NCBI GenBank assembly: GCA_030603365.1
Contig: JAUVXV010000012.1
Location: 32,001-96,000, forward strand
Direction of reading: 5' to 3'
DNA length: 64,000 bases
From: Candidatus Heimdallarchaeota archaeon
Lineage (GTDB): Archaea > Asgardarchaeota > Heimdallarchaeia > Heimdallarchaeales > Heimdallarchaeaceae
Part shown: positions 40,961 through 51,965 of the stretch, one piece after another
Layout of the letters: the number at the start of each line of letters is the position of its first letter
Position numbering within the stretch: position 1 is the stretch's first letter
The notes under the pieces: model-generated
What the model was told of the DNA's origin: nothing
Database searches by the model: none
What the model saw: the letters and a program-made list of their open reading frames with translations, nothing else
Program-made: the position numbers and the translations under genes

Positions 40961-41890
40961 TTGAGAGGCATGTTGAATATAAAAGAACCCACTTCTGAGC
41001 AAATGGAGGATTTGTTTGTCTATGATCCATTTGTAGAAAAACGTACTTCAGTACGTATTAGAAGAGCTGGTTCTTGGTATAACATTAGTCTTATCGATAT
41101 CAACGATAATCCACTTTATGATTACACTTTAATCTGTGTACATGGGTGGGGTTCATCCTGTTTAAATTACAGGTTCTTAATGAAATTTCTAAGTCCCTAT
41201 TTTAGGGTAATTGCATATGATTTGAAAGGTCACGGTGAATCTGATAAGGATGAAGACAACTATGATTTGGGGATGTTTACGGAGGAATTAGCTCAAGTGA
41301 TTGATCATATCCAACCAGAAAATCTCGTTCTTGTTGGACATTCGATGGGAACCGCAATAATAATGAATTATCTATCATTAAATAGAAAAAGAGTAAAAAC
41401 AGCTGTTATGTTATCAGGTGCAATAAATTTCAGAGAACCTTTTCCGAAGATTATTCCTTGGTTAATATTTCGAATGGATGAAAAAATAAAAAGATTATTA
41501 GTTTCTTTTGCAATGTCTATGTCGAGTTCGAAAAGTGTTCCAACAGAGTTGAAAGACATTATTAAGGAGCAAGTTGATAGAATACCTTACCATGTCATGA
41601 GAAAATCTTTACTAAATACCGTTTATACTTGGAAGAGAGCAGAAAATCTACGGAAAATTAAAACACCAGTACTGTTTATGGTTGGTGAAAAAGACATACT
41701 AACAAAAATCAAACATTCAATTGAGCTAAGTGCTCTATTACCGAATTCAAGATTGGTAATCTTACCTGAAACGAAGCATGATATACTAATAGATAAAGGT
41801 GTAGAAGTTTCTAATCTAATCAGAGAATTCGTTGAATTTCAAATAGATTTAGAAAATATAAAAGGAATGGAATATTCACCATTCCATTGA
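40961..41890 (+). CDS. Alpha/beta hydrolase
   Basis: HGWG, DLKGHGES, GHSMG, GEKD, H. Confidence 0.92.
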   Translation: MRGMLNIKEPTSEQMEDLFVYDPFVEKRTSVRIRRAGSWYNISLIDINDNPLYDYTLICVHGWGSSCLNYRFLMKFLSPYFRVIAYDLKGHGESDKDEDNYDLGMFTEELAQVIDHIQPENLVLVGHSMGTAIIMNYLSLNRKRVKTAVMLSGAINFREPFPKIIPWLIFRMDEKIKRLLVSFAMSMSSSKSVPTELKDIIKEQVDRIPYHVMRKSLLNTVYTWKRAENLRKIKTPVLFMVGEKDILTKIKHSIELSALLPNSRLVILPETKHDILIDKGVEVSNLIREFVEFQIDLENIKGMEYSPFH

Positions 41891-43510
41891 AAACGGTTCT
41901 TTTCCTCTAATCATTTGCACTATATCATGTATTACTCCTACAAAAAGTAAACCACCTGTAACTAAGTATATGAAACCAAATTTCTTCTTCTTGATGTAGA
42001 ATCTGTGCATTCCTAGAAATCCCAAAAAAATACAGAGTATTAATGCTGATGTTCTATAAACTTCCTCGCTCTTATAGTTTATCCACTCTGTTTTATTCAT
42101 TATTAAGTCTACATTCAATCTTTGAGAAACATCTCTTTTTGAACCTATTTTTGAGAATCTTATAATTAGCCATTCAAATGAAAATTTGAAATTAACTTTA
42201 CTCCATAATTTGATTAACAGATGATATGCGAATAAAATATAGAAACATAACAGAAGAACAAAACCTTCTTGTCCATAAGGTAATTTATCAGTCACAAGAT
42301 TCACATCAATTAGTATAATACTAATCAACCATCTAGGAAATAAAGAAAATATCTGCAATGTATAAACTGATAAAGCTACTAAACCCCATAATCTCATAAG
42401 ACGAACTATCCTTCTATTAGCAAATTTCTGTGGATTCCCCCTGTATTCTACCTTATAAAGTAGCAAGAAAATAACTCCTATCCACACTCCCAGTACTATA
42501 AGAAAATAAGTTATGAAAGGTCTTGAATAGCTAAAATCAAATTCAAATCCCATAGCTATCAAAATAGCTCCTATAGCGATAAAAACAAATGAAGCTATCC
42601 CTCCATAGAATAGAAATCGTTTAGGGGGTTTGTCTTTTGCTAATGCTGTACCTATCAAAGCACCTGCAAAGGATGCAGCTAGAAATGGGAATAGAGGTTC
42701 CAAATCCCCTGCTAATAGAGTAAAGAAACTTGATTTGAACGTTCCTACTTTATATTGATCAAATGAATTAGGCCATCTAAATTCAGTATAGAAATCTCTA
42801 CGCGTAGACATTTCAGAGAAGAAATTTAAATCATAATAACCTCCCCAATGCATCCCATCTACCCAATTCCAGATAAAAGGACTTGCAATAATCACAACTA
42901 CTGTCAAGATTGCGTAAATGATTATGTTTCTCTTAAGTTTCTTAAAACCATTTTTTCGAATTAGAAGGAAGTGAACAAGTGCATTAATAATCATACACCA
43001 TCCTATGGTGTGTAAAGTTTCCATCATGAAGAATGATCTACCAACGAAAATATTAATGAATCTTGAATATGCCCAATTTCCAGATCTTAAAGCTGAACCA
43101 AAATAGCCATAATAACCAATCAAACCATCTGTTAAGGCTGCAGCAACAAGAACACCAACTCCAGTAAGTAATTGTTTTACTAAGATTTGAACAGGATTAT
43201 TTCCTTTTGATGCACTTTTTGACATGGCTAGAGCATTAACAATTGCAGAGATGATTAGAAAATAACCTGCCCAACCTGTAAAAAATGCTAGAAGCAATAC
43301 ACTAAGGATTATTAAGATATTTTTTTGCAAGAGCTGATCAAGATTTGTAGCCCAGCTTATATTGTACATATGCTAAATTGAATGGAAGAAAACCATCATA
43401 AAAATTGCTAGACCTCTTTGAAAATCTAAACTAACAATTCTTCTCATTACACTTGCACCAGAAAGTTCAGCTCCTTCAATAGATTTCTTTGTATTTGTTA
43501 CTGTAGACAT
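41876..43510 (-). pseudogene. HGSNAT/DUF1624-like membrane acyltransferase-family protein fused to a TM2 domain, with an in-frame TAG at 43373-43375
   Basis: ATG 43510 after AGGTG reads MSTV..RRIVSLDFQRGLAIFMMVFFHSI*HMYNISW, in frame with the 497-aa ORF; C-terminus FLGFLGMHRFY..TGG..D is TM2-like. Confidence 0.75.
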
Positions 43511-43630
43511 TTTTACACCTTTTACTAATTAATAAAGAAGATTTAGACCAAATGAAATATAAATATTTTGGACAAAAGTCTCAAAATATATTCGAATATC
43601 TTTAAATACAGCTCATCTATGATTTTGCAC

Positions 43631-45079
43631 ATGCCTACGGACCCTTATGATTTAGTAGAAAAAGCAATTGATGAAGGTCAGAAATTAGAAGCTGACTATA
43701 TTGAAGCAAGACTCGTATCCACAAATGCTAATACTAGTATTCTAAAGAACGGTGTTCCAGAATTAGGGGGGATAATTCGCAGCAAAGGAATAGGTATAAG
43801 AGTTCTAAAAGATGGTGGAGTGGGTTTTGCTAGCTTTAACGAAATGACAAAAGATGAAATGAATATAGCAGTTGCTTTTGCCACAAAAATGGCTGAAGCT
43901 TCAGGTAAGAGAAGAGAGAAGAAGATTTTGTTTAGCGAAGAAGATATTCATGAAGCTAAATTCCAAGCTATTGGTAAGAGTGGCAAAAGACCTTTGGAAG
44001 TAAACCCAGAAGAAAAAATCAATAGGCTAATGGATATAGATAAGCTTCTTGCCGAACTTAAAACAGATGCCATTATTCCTTTCAGATTTTTCCAGATGAA
44101 TGATCAAACCATTGAAAAATATATCCTTACAAATGAAGGAGCTAAAATAGAAAGTGAAATAGATTTAATTCAACTCTTTGGGATTATAGTTGCAGTAAAC
44201 CCCACTACTGGTTCAAAAGAACAATTGATGGTACAGAAAGGTAAAGCTGGAGGGTTTGAATCTCTTGATTATTGGAATATTGAGGATTATTTAGTTAAGG
44301 AAGCAACTACTCTAGGTAAGATTGTTACCGAATCAAAAGAAGCACCTACTGGAACTATTGATTATGTTGTTGGACCAAATGTTATAGGAATTATGTGTCA
44401 TGAGAACACAGGTCATCCTTCTGAAGCAGATAGAATTCTTGGGAGAGAAGGAGCTCAAGCTGGAGAAAGCTACTTGAATGAAGAAATGATTGGAGAGAAA
44501 ATCGGATCTGAACATGTTACCATAATTGATGACCCAACACTAGAAGGATCTTATGGGTATTATCTCTATGATGATGAAGGAGTAAAAGCGAGTCCAAGAT
44601 ATTTACATAGAAAAGGAGTTTTTGATGAGATGTTGCATAATCGTGAAAGTGCAGCATTTATGGGTACTAATAGTACTGCAGCTGCAAGAGCGATTGGGTT
44701 TAATAGAGAACCTATACCAAGAATGGCTAATACTTACCTAGAACCTGGAAATTTCGAATTTGATGAATTAATTGAAGATGTTAAGCTAGGTGTTTTGATG
44801 CACAATTTTACAGAATGGAATATTGATGATAGACGTTATCAGTCTAAATATGTTGGTCTAGAAGCATATTTGATTGAAAATGGTGAAGTGAAACATCTTG
44901 TTAGACGTCCTGTTGTTGAGACGACAACACCCAAACTTTGGGGTAGTGTAGATGCTGTTGCGAAAAAGGATTTATTGGAATTTGATGCTGCAACATGCGG
45001 TAAAGGCGATCCGATGCAAGGGGCACCTGTTTACCATGGAGGATCGTTTATGCGAATTCGTAATGTGGAGGTAAGGTGA
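43631..45079 (+). CDS. tldD: TldD metalloprotease subunit
   Basis: HENTGHPSEAD, DDEG, PRMANT, CGKG; ATG at 43631 preferred. Confidence 0.92.
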   Translation: MPTDPYDLVEKAIDEGQKLEADYIEARLVSTNANTSILKNGVPELGGIIRSKGIGIRVLKDGGVGFASFNEMTKDEMNIAVAFATKMAEASGKRREKKILFSEEDIHEAKFQAIGKSGKRPLEVNPEEKINRLMDIDKLLAELKTDAIIPFRFFQMNDQTIEKYILTNEGAKIESEIDLIQLFGIIVAVNPTTGSKEQLMVQKGKAGGFESLDYWNIEDYLVKEATTLGKIVTESKEAPTGTIDYVVGPNVIGIMCHENTGHPSEADRILGREGAQAGESYLNEEMIGEKIGSEHVTIIDDPTLEGSYGYYLYDDEGVKASPRYLHRKGVFDEMLHNRESAAFMGTNSTAAARAIGFNREPIPRMANTYLEPGNFEFDELIEDVKLGVLMHNFTEWNIDDRRYQSKYVGLEAYLIENGEVKHLVRRPVVETTTPKLWGSVDAVAKKDLLEFDAATCGKGDPMQGAPVYHGGSFMRIRNVEVR

Positions 45080-45083
45080 TAGA

Positions 45084-46436
45084 ATGCCAGAAAAAGTTAA
45101 TATTAAAAAAATTGTTCAAGCAACAGTTGACAAACTTGTAACCTTGGGGTTTGATGACCACTCAATACTTGCAGAAAGAAGTAACACTTCTCAAATTCGT
45201 TTTGCAGATAATCAGATTACGATTGTTAAAAATTGGGCTTCATTAGAGCTAGCAGTTTTTGCTGTTAAAGATAATAAAACTGTTGTTATTCAACTTGAAA
45301 ATCTGTCTGATGATATTATAAATTCATCACTTGAATCATTGAAGATTCTGGCTAATTCTTTACCCCCTAATCAGAATTATTTAGGGATATCAGATGGACC
45401 TTTCAGTTATCCAACTATTGACAATATGTTCGATTCTGAATTCTTAGATTTCCATGATAAAGCCCTTGATAATGTTCAAGCTGCAATTAATGCAGCTGAA
45501 GCTGAAGGAGCAAAAAGATCTGCTGGAGTACTATTATGGGAAGCTAAAGAAAATAAACTAGTTTCATCCAAAGGAGCAGTTGCTTCTGAAAATACTTCTC
45601 GATTTGAATTTAGTATTCGTTCATTTGTTGATGCTAAAAGTTCAGGAGCAAGTGTTGAAGTTGGAAGATTATCTTCCAAAGTTGATTTTGAAAGAGCAGG
45701 AATGGAAGCAGGAAAAATAGCTAAGATGTCTATCGGAGGACAAAACGGTAAACCAGGCAAGTATAATGTTGTTCTTTCTCCTAAAGTTGCAGCTGATATT
45801 GTAGCAGCTTCACCAGGAGCAGCAAATCCATTTATGGTCGAAATAGGTTTATCATGGCTTAAAGATAAAATAGGTGAAAATATCGCTCCTGAATTTGTGA
45901 CTGTTTATGATGATGCGTTATTACCGAATGGTTTGGGTTCTAGATCATTTGACGAGGAGGGGCATCCTACAGGTAGAAACATAATAGTTGAAAATGGTAT
46001 TCTCAAAGGTTTTATTCATAACACCTCGACTGCTCGTAAAGCAGGAACTACAAGTACAGGAAACGCTGGATTAGTTATGCCTCAAAATAGTAACATCTAC
46101 TTTGAGCCTGGAGAACATTCCTTTGAGGAAATTCTGGAGATATCAAAAGACAAACCTACACTGTATATAACAAATAATTGGTATACCCGATTTACTAGCT
46201 ATGCAGATGGCATATTTTCAACTATCCCTAGAGATGGAATGTTTCTAATAGAAAATGGACAGATTTCTAAACCTGTTAGAGAATTACGAATTAGTGATAA
46301 TATGAATACCATTTTTAAGAACATCAAAGCTTTAGGGAAAGATATTAAACAAATAAAAAGCTGGGAAGTTGCTACACCAACATATATTCCTCATGTTCTA
46401 CTTGAGGATATTAATATATCATCAGCAACATCCTAA
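45084..46436 (+). CDS. pmbA: TldE/PmbA subunit
   Basis: IRFADNQI, PGKYNVVL, SFDEEG, STGNAG; no HExxxH; follows tldD. Confidence 0.9.
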   Translation: MPEKVNIKKIVQATVDKLVTLGFDDHSILAERSNTSQIRFADNQITIVKNWASLELAVFAVKDNKTVVIQLENLSDDIINSSLESLKILANSLPPNQNYLGISDGPFSYPTIDNMFDSEFLDFHDKALDNVQAAINAAEAEGAKRSAGVLLWEAKENKLVSSKGAVASENTSRFEFSIRSFVDAKSSGASVEVGRLSSKVDFERAGMEAGKIAKMSIGGQNGKPGKYNVVLSPKVAADIVAASPGAANPFMVEIGLSWLKDKIGENIAPEFVTVYDDALLPNGLGSRSFDEEGHPTGRNIIVENGILKGFIHNTSTARKAGTTSTGNAGLVMPQNSNIYFEPGEHSFEEILEISKDKPTLYITNNWYTRFTSYADGIFSTIPRDGMFLIENGQISKPVRELRISDNMNTIFKNIKALGKDIKQIKSWEVATPTYIPHVLLEDINISSATS

Positions 46437-46456
46437 TTCTTTTTATTTTTTCTCTT

Positions 46457-47158
46457 TTACGAAATCCACCAAGGACCTTCATTTGAAAGGAATAGTATAG
46501 GTTGACCTGTTGCTAAGCACAGTATTTGTCTTTCGAAAGTTGTCCCTGATCCTGCTAGAGGTGCATAAATATCTCCAATTCTAACATATTGAGTAATAAG
46601 AATAGAGGTAGAGTTTTGACTGTAAACGTAGTCAAATATTTCTGGTATTCCCCAATCATCTGGATGGTAATAATTTGATACTGTTGAATTGGCATAATAA
46701 TTCATAGTTGTAAAGTTATAATAGAAGAAATAGTATGGATAGAAATTTTCTAGATCAAATAATGATAAGAATTCACTTTGGTTTACAGATGGGAAAACTG
46801 AACCTATGTAAGTAAAATTATGATGTCGCCATTCATTATCTTTGAAATCTTGAGGATCTAAAATTTCTAAGAACTCAAGTTCTCTTTCAATCAGATAACT
46901 TACATTTTGCACCATATTTTTTGAATCATTCGATAGCATATCAAAATAGAAATCTTGACCAGTAATATTCTCAATTGAATAAAGTAATGGGAGATACATA
47001 TCATCTGGAGTATTTCTAATAATAAGACTTGTAAAACGTGTAGGATCTATTTCATACTCATTTTCTTCAGGAGTATAAGGATAGTAAACTAATAATAATG
47101 TTAAAGTTAAAGCAATTGCGCAAGTAGCTGCTATTGAGATAATTAACTTATTTTTCAT
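46457..47158 (-). CDS. Hypothetical membrane-anchored extracellular protein
   Basis: N-terminal hydrophobic helix and multiple N-x-S/T sequons. Confidence 0.65.
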   Translation of the reverse strand: MKNKLIISIAATCAIALTLTLLLVYYPYTPEENEYEIDPTRFTSLIIRNTPDDMYLPLLYSIENITGQDFYFDMLSNDSKNMVQNVSYLIERELEFLEILDPQDFKDNEWRHHNFTYIGSVFPSVNQSEFLSLFDLENFYPYYFFYYNFTTMNYYANSTVSNYYHPDDWGIPEIFDYVYSQNSTSILITQYVRIGDIYAPLAGSGTTFERQILCLATGQPILFLSNEGPWWIS

Positions 47159-47215
47159 TAAATAGATTAGGGGGATAAAAATAATAAGACTATTTGTGTT
47201 GATTAAAACACAATC

Positions 47216-47920
47216 TTATTTCTTTCTAAGCCTTCTAGATAGGACAACAATTGTTCCAAGTGCCAATGATATAAACAGAAAATTAATTGAGTTCAGGGTT
47301 TTGGTTGATGAATCTGTTGTTGGAGTTGTTGTTGGAGTTGGAGTTGTAAGAGGAATTTCGATATAATAATCTATAAAATTCAGTTCAATCATACTATCTG
47401 TTAAATCATTATCATAGAAATGCTCATAATATCGTTTTGTTAAACCATCTAACGGATCGATTTCCAGTTCTACGAATAAAGTATAGATATTATCTGTAAT
47501 TGTGAAGTTAACATAAAATCGTCCAAGTGGTCCATCTGTGACATTGAATAAAGTTGTTTCTGCTTCGAATACTTCACGAATAGTGGTATTTACAACACCT
47601 TCTATCTCGTATAGATGCCAAAATATAGGAAAACCTTCACCAGTGTATTTATTTCCATCTACTTTTACGCTTGCATAAACATGTCCTAGATCTTCTTCAG
47701 ATAATGGTCCAGGATACAAATCATCTTTTAAAGTGACAGTAAAATTAACACCTTCTGGAATATCCTCATAATATTCTTGGCTTATGGTTACATTCCATAC
47801 AAAAGTTGCATTTTCTACCATTTTAGATGAATAATAAAGACCGTCAGTTTGTGCATTGGAATTTGATTGAGGAACTATAAAGACAAGAAAAATAAGAATT
47901 AAGAATAGTTTTTTTCTCAT
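47216..47920 (-). CDS. Secreted surface protein copy A (signal peptide, Thr/Pro linker, C-terminal TM plus basic tail)
   Basis: MRKKLFLILIFLVFIV; TTPTPTTTPTT; core nearly identical to 57018-57674. Confidence 0.8.
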   Translation of the reverse strand: MRKKLFLILIFLVFIVPQSNSNAQTDGLYYSSKMVENATFVWNVTISQEYYEDIPEGVNFTVTLKDDLYPGPLSEEDLGHVYASVKVDGNKYTGEGFPIFWHLYEIEGVVNTTIREVFEAETTLFNVTDGPLGRFYVNFTITDNIYTLFVELEIDPLDGLTKRYYEHFYDNDLTDSMIELNFIDYYIEIPLTTPTPTTTPTTDSSTKTLNSINFLFISLALGTIVVLSRRLRKK

Positions 47921-48107
47921 ATTTATCACTTATTACTTCAATTGTGAATTATTATTTCTTTCTCATTTAAGTCTTACTCTTTTTTTGGATATACTAAATC
48001 CTACAAATTTAAACAAATTTTAATTCGTAATCTTTCAATATTGTAGAGCTCACATAGCATATATTCCAATTAACAAAATTCTTAAACAACCTTTTTTTGT
48101 AAAGCTT

Positions 48108-49892
48108 ATGACAAAGGAAATAATCTCATGGGATTTATCAGAACTCTATGAAAACGTAGATGGATCCAGAATCAAAGAGGATATGCAAAAAGTCGAAAAA
48201 CTAGCAGAAAAGTTTAGAAAAAATATCAAGGGTAAGTTAAACGAAATAAATTTAACTCCATTAAAATTAAAAGAATATTTTAAACTCTATGAGGAAATTG
48301 CAGAAGCTAGATTTTACCTTAGACTGTATTCTTCTTTAATGTATTCTACAACTTCTCAAGATGATGATGTTAAAAATCTTCACTCAAAAATACAAGAATT
48401 TGTTTCAAATATTTCTGAAAAAACACTCTTTTTTGAGTTAGAGTTAAATGAGATAGAAGAGAACAAATTTGAAGATTTACTTAATTCAGCTGAATTAAGC
48501 AATTATAAACATGAGATGGAATATACTCGTAGAAAGAAACCTCACCAACTATCTGAAAAGGAAGAGCAAATCATTCTAATGAAAGATATAACTGGTCAAG
48601 AGGGATTTATTAAGCTCTATAATGAAATTGAAAGTGGTTTTGTACATGAATTCGAAGTTGATGACGAAACCAAATCTCTTACCACTTCAGAGTTGTTTTC
48701 ATACATGTATAACCAAGATAAGGATATTAGAAAACGAGCATTGAGAACCTTAGTTACCAGATATCAAGAGAATGAGCTTGCTTTTACACACATTTACAAT
48801 AATGTGATGAAAGATTGGGGATTGGAGAATAAAAGAAGAAACTACACAAATCCAATTTCTAGAAGGAATCTTGAGAATGAAGTCAGTGACACAGCAGTAG
48901 AAACACTTGGAAATGTAACATCTGAAAGTAACCAGTTAGTCGAGAAATATTATAATCTTAAAAAGAAAATCCTTGGTCTCTCTGAATTAAGAATGTCTGA
49001 TATCTATGCACCAGTTGGTGAAGTATCCAAAGAATACACTTATCCCGAAGCTATTGAATTAGTCAAAAAGGCTAATGAAGAATTTGATCCAAGTTTCGCT
49101 TCAATTGTTGATGAAATGTATAAGAGAAACCATATAGATGTTACTCCTAGAAAAGGAAAACAAGGTGGTGCTTTCTGTAGCTATGGTAAGCAAAAGAAAT
49201 ATCCATATGTATTTGTCAATTTCACCGGAAATATTGATTCAGTTCTAACTTTAGCTCATGAATTAGGACATGCAACACATCACTACAATATTCAACAGAA
49301 TCAAACCATGATCAATATTGGTTCATCCTTACCAGTTGCTGAAATAGCCTCAGTTTTCAATGAAATGGTAGCTTTTGATTACCTTATGAAACAGGATCTT
49401 TCCAAAGAAGAAAAGATTATCCTTCTAGCCAATCATATAGAGGGCAATTTTGGAACATCTCATAGACAAAATGCTTTCTATCATTTCGAAAGGAGAATTC
49501 ATGAATTAATGAAAAACAAACTTCCTACAGCTGATGATTACAAGGATATCTATATTGAAGAAATGGAAAAAATGTTTGGAAACTCAGTTTCTCACATCAA
49601 GGAAGATTATGCAAGTTACTGGAGTGTGGTAAGTCATTTCATTCAAGTTCCTTTCTATGTTTATGCATATAATATGTCTAATCTCTTGGTCATAGCACTC
49701 TATCAGATGTATCTAGAAGAGAAAGATGAATTTGTTCCTAAGTTCATAGAATTACTATCAGTAGGTACTTCAAAAACACCAGCTGAAATGCTTGCTAAAA
49801 TGGGCATTGATCTAGATGATCCAACATTCTGGCAGAAAGGAATCAGTTATCTATCATTTAAAATTGATGAACTAAAGGAATTAATTGGTTGA
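48108..49892 (+). CDS. pepF: Oligoendopeptidase F (peptidase M3B)
   Basis: WDLSELY, KGKQGGAFC, LAHELGHATH, AEIAS, HF..PFYVYAY. Confidence 0.93.
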   Translation: MTKEIISWDLSELYENVDGSRIKEDMQKVEKLAEKFRKNIKGKLNEINLTPLKLKEYFKLYEEIAEARFYLRLYSSLMYSTTSQDDDVKNLHSKIQEFVSNISEKTLFFELELNEIEENKFEDLLNSAELSNYKHEMEYTRRKKPHQLSEKEEQIILMKDITGQEGFIKLYNEIESGFVHEFEVDDETKSLTTSELFSYMYNQDKDIRKRALRTLVTRYQENELAFTHIYNNVMKDWGLENKRRNYTNPISRRNLENEVSDTAVETLGNVTSESNQLVEKYYNLKKKILGLSELRMSDIYAPVGEVSKEYTYPEAIELVKKANEEFDPSFASIVDEMYKRNHIDVTPRKGKQGGAFCSYGKQKKYPYVFVNFTGNIDSVLTLAHELGHATHHYNIQQNQTMINIGSSLPVAEIASVFNEMVAFDYLMKQDLSKEEKIILLANHIEGNFGTSHRQNAFYHFERRIHELMKNKLPTADDYKDIYIEEMEKMFGNSVSHIKEDYASYWSVVSHFIQVPFYVYAYNMSNLLVIALYQMYLEEKDEFVPKFIELLSVGTSKTPAEMLAKMGIDLDDPTFWQKGISYLSFKIDELKELIG

Positions 49893-49943
49893 AATTCAAA
49901 AAAAGAGCAAAAATTTGATAAAAGAAGAGAATAAATCTAAAAT

Positions 49944-50597
49944 ATGAAACTTACAGATTTTCTTACTCTTACTTATCTTTCTGATGGTGCATTAGGACCA
50001 GCTGAACATCTAAGAAGATTAATTGTTCAAGGTTTAGATGCAGTTGCAATTACCGACCATGTCGATTCAAGTACAATAGATCATGTTCTTAATACACTAG
50101 ATAAGATACGATATGATTTCGAAGAGCATATTACTTTTCTTCCAGGTGTAGAAATAACTCATGTGCTTCCTTCCCAAATCCCTGAATTAGCTAGAAAAGC
50201 AAAACAAAGAAATTTCCTTGTAGTAATTCATGGTGAAACCATTGTAGAACCTGTCATTCCAGGAACAAATGAAGCAGCTGTAAAATGTTCAGAAGTGGAT
50301 ATTCTTGCACATCCTAGTATTCTAACTTTTAAAGAAGCTAAATGGGCAAAAGATAATGAAGTTTTTCTAGAGATAACAACAAGAGGTGGGCACTCATTGG
50401 GAAATGGTTTAGTAGCAGAATTAGCTATGAAAACTGGAGCTAAGATGATACTTAATACTGATTCTCATTCACCAAGAGATTTTATCAGTCATGAATTGAG
50501 AGAGAAAACAGCTCTTGGATCAGGGATACCAAGGAGTATGTTTGAAGAGATGTTTGTAAAGAATCCAGAAGAAATAATAAAGCGTATAATGAAATAA
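49944..50597 (+). CDS. PHP-domain protein (histidinol-phosphatase-like) with a degenerate first motif
   Basis: SDG, AITDH, GVEITH, HGET, LAHP, NTDSH. Confidence 0.85.
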   Translation: MKLTDFLTLTYLSDGALGPAEHLRRLIVQGLDAVAITDHVDSSTIDHVLNTLDKIRYDFEEHITFLPGVEITHVLPSQIPELARKAKQRNFLVVIHGETIVEPVIPGTNEAAVKCSEVDILAHPSILTFKEAKWAKDNEVFLEITTRGGHSLGNGLVAELAMKTGAKMILNTDSHSPRDFISHELREKTALGSGIPRSMFEEMFVKNPEEIIKRIMK

Positions 50598-50598
50598 A

Positions 50599-51138
50599 GT
50601 GAAAGCAATGTCTGAAGTATTCAAATTAGGAGAAAAATCGATAGTTGCAATGCATGAAAAGAGAACAACAGGATTTAAGCTCTTTAATAAAATATTAAAT
50701 GTAGTATTCATTTCTCTCTATAGTATTTATCTACTACCCCTTTTCGGTGTAGGTAGAAAGATGGTGTTAGTTCATACAATCGGTAGAAAAACAGGGAAGA
50801 AGAGAACTACTCCAACATTGATATTTACCTTCTATACAAGTAAATTAACATTATATGTAGCAAGAGGAAGAAAAGCTCATTGGCTGAAAAATATTCTAGC
50901 TACCGATAGTGGGATGATTAATATCCAGAAGGGGTTTAGAAAGATGAAAGTTTTAGCATCTTTGGTAGAAGATAAAGAAGAGAAATTCAAACATTTGAAA
51001 TATTACTTTGAAGAACTTCCTGAGGCTAAAGGAATATTTGGATATGATAAAGGAAAGCATGGAGATGTTTTCAGTACAGAGGAATTTATAAGAATTTTAA
51101 ACATCATAGAATTCGTTCAACTAGAACCTGTAGAATAG
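50599..51138 (+). CDS. Deazaflavin (F420)-dependent nitroreductase-like protein (Ddn/DUF385 family)
   Basis: HTIGRKTGKKRTTP and HWLKNI. Confidence 0.72.
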   Translation: MKAMSEVFKLGEKSIVAMHEKRTTGFKLFNKILNVVFISLYSIYLLPLFGVGRKMVLVHTIGRKTGKKRTTPTLIFTFYTSKLTLYVARGRKAHWLKNILATDSGMINIQKGFRKMKVLASLVEDKEEKFKHLKYYFEELPEAKGIFGYDKGKHGDVFSTEEFIRILNIIEFVQLEPVE

Positions 51139-51965
51139 AGTTTCTTTTCTTCAAACTTCTTAGCTTCTTCAAGACACATTTTCAGTATTTCAAAACCAGT
51201 AGAGATAATTCTTCTTAGTGTTTGCGAATTTGAGAAATCTTCCATGAATGCGATCCAACCCTCATAGTAAAAATCTTTATAGCTTTCAGCTATCAGATGA
51301 TACTCACATTTTACTAATTCTACAGCGATGGAAGTTCTATTCAATTCCCATAAATCAAGAGGTTCATCAGATGATTGACTAATCAATCTTACAGGAGAGG
51401 GTGAAACTCTCCAAGTTATTCTTCTTATCATTGTCCATAAATCCAATCCTGTTCTGTCAATCATGGACATTGGTTGAGAGGGGAGAAATTCTTCCAGTTT
51501 AAGCAAATTATTCAAGTCATATTGTTTTATTGCATCATTAGAAGGATTATTCTCAAATTCAGGATTTCCTATTAATGGATATATTCCAGTTTTTTTTGGG
51601 AAAACAAAATCAACCTGATCTACAATATCATTAATTTTTATGATTTGAGTTCTGGGTAGATGAAAATAGTTAGGGTTTTGTTCAATGAATCTATTTTCAT
51701 ACATCTCTGATATATTCACAGATTCGTGAAATGAATTATCATCATCGAGAAAATTTGAATGTTTGTGGACTTTAAGGTGTATATCTACATCACTAAGAAC
51801 AGGAACATAGTCAATAAAACTAGTCCATTCTTTAGTTGCAGAACCTTTAGCATACGCATATTCTAAAGATTTCGAGTAATACTCTTCAAATATGTCTTTC
51901 CATATATTTAAGCAAGAATCAACTTCTTTTCTTGCTTGTTTCATATATGCAGAATATTCACTCAT
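51117..51965 (-). CDS. Hypothetical protein with Pol-beta nucleotidyltransferase-like motif
   Basis: YAKGSA..SDVDIH. Confidence 0.6.
   Translation of the reverse strand: MSEYSAYMKQARKEVDSCLNIWKDIFEEYYSKSLEYAYAKGSATKEWTSFIDYVPVLSDVDIHLKVHKHSNFLDDDNSFHESVNISEMYENRFIEQNPNYFHLPRTQIIKINDIVDQVDFVFPKKTGIYPLIGNPEFENNPSNDAIKQYDLNNLLKLEEFLPSQPMSMIDRTGLDLWTMIRRITWRVSPSPVRLISQSSDEPLDLWELNRTSIAVELVKCEYHLIAESYKDFYYEGWIAFMEDFSNSQTLRRIISTGFEILKMCLEEAKKFEEKKLYSTGSS

Noticed and set aside
51117-51965. Nucleotidyltransferase as a cGAS-like or toxin-antitoxin defence gene
   Set aside because: Only the generic GS..DxD motif is visible; no effector or HEPN partner is adjacent.
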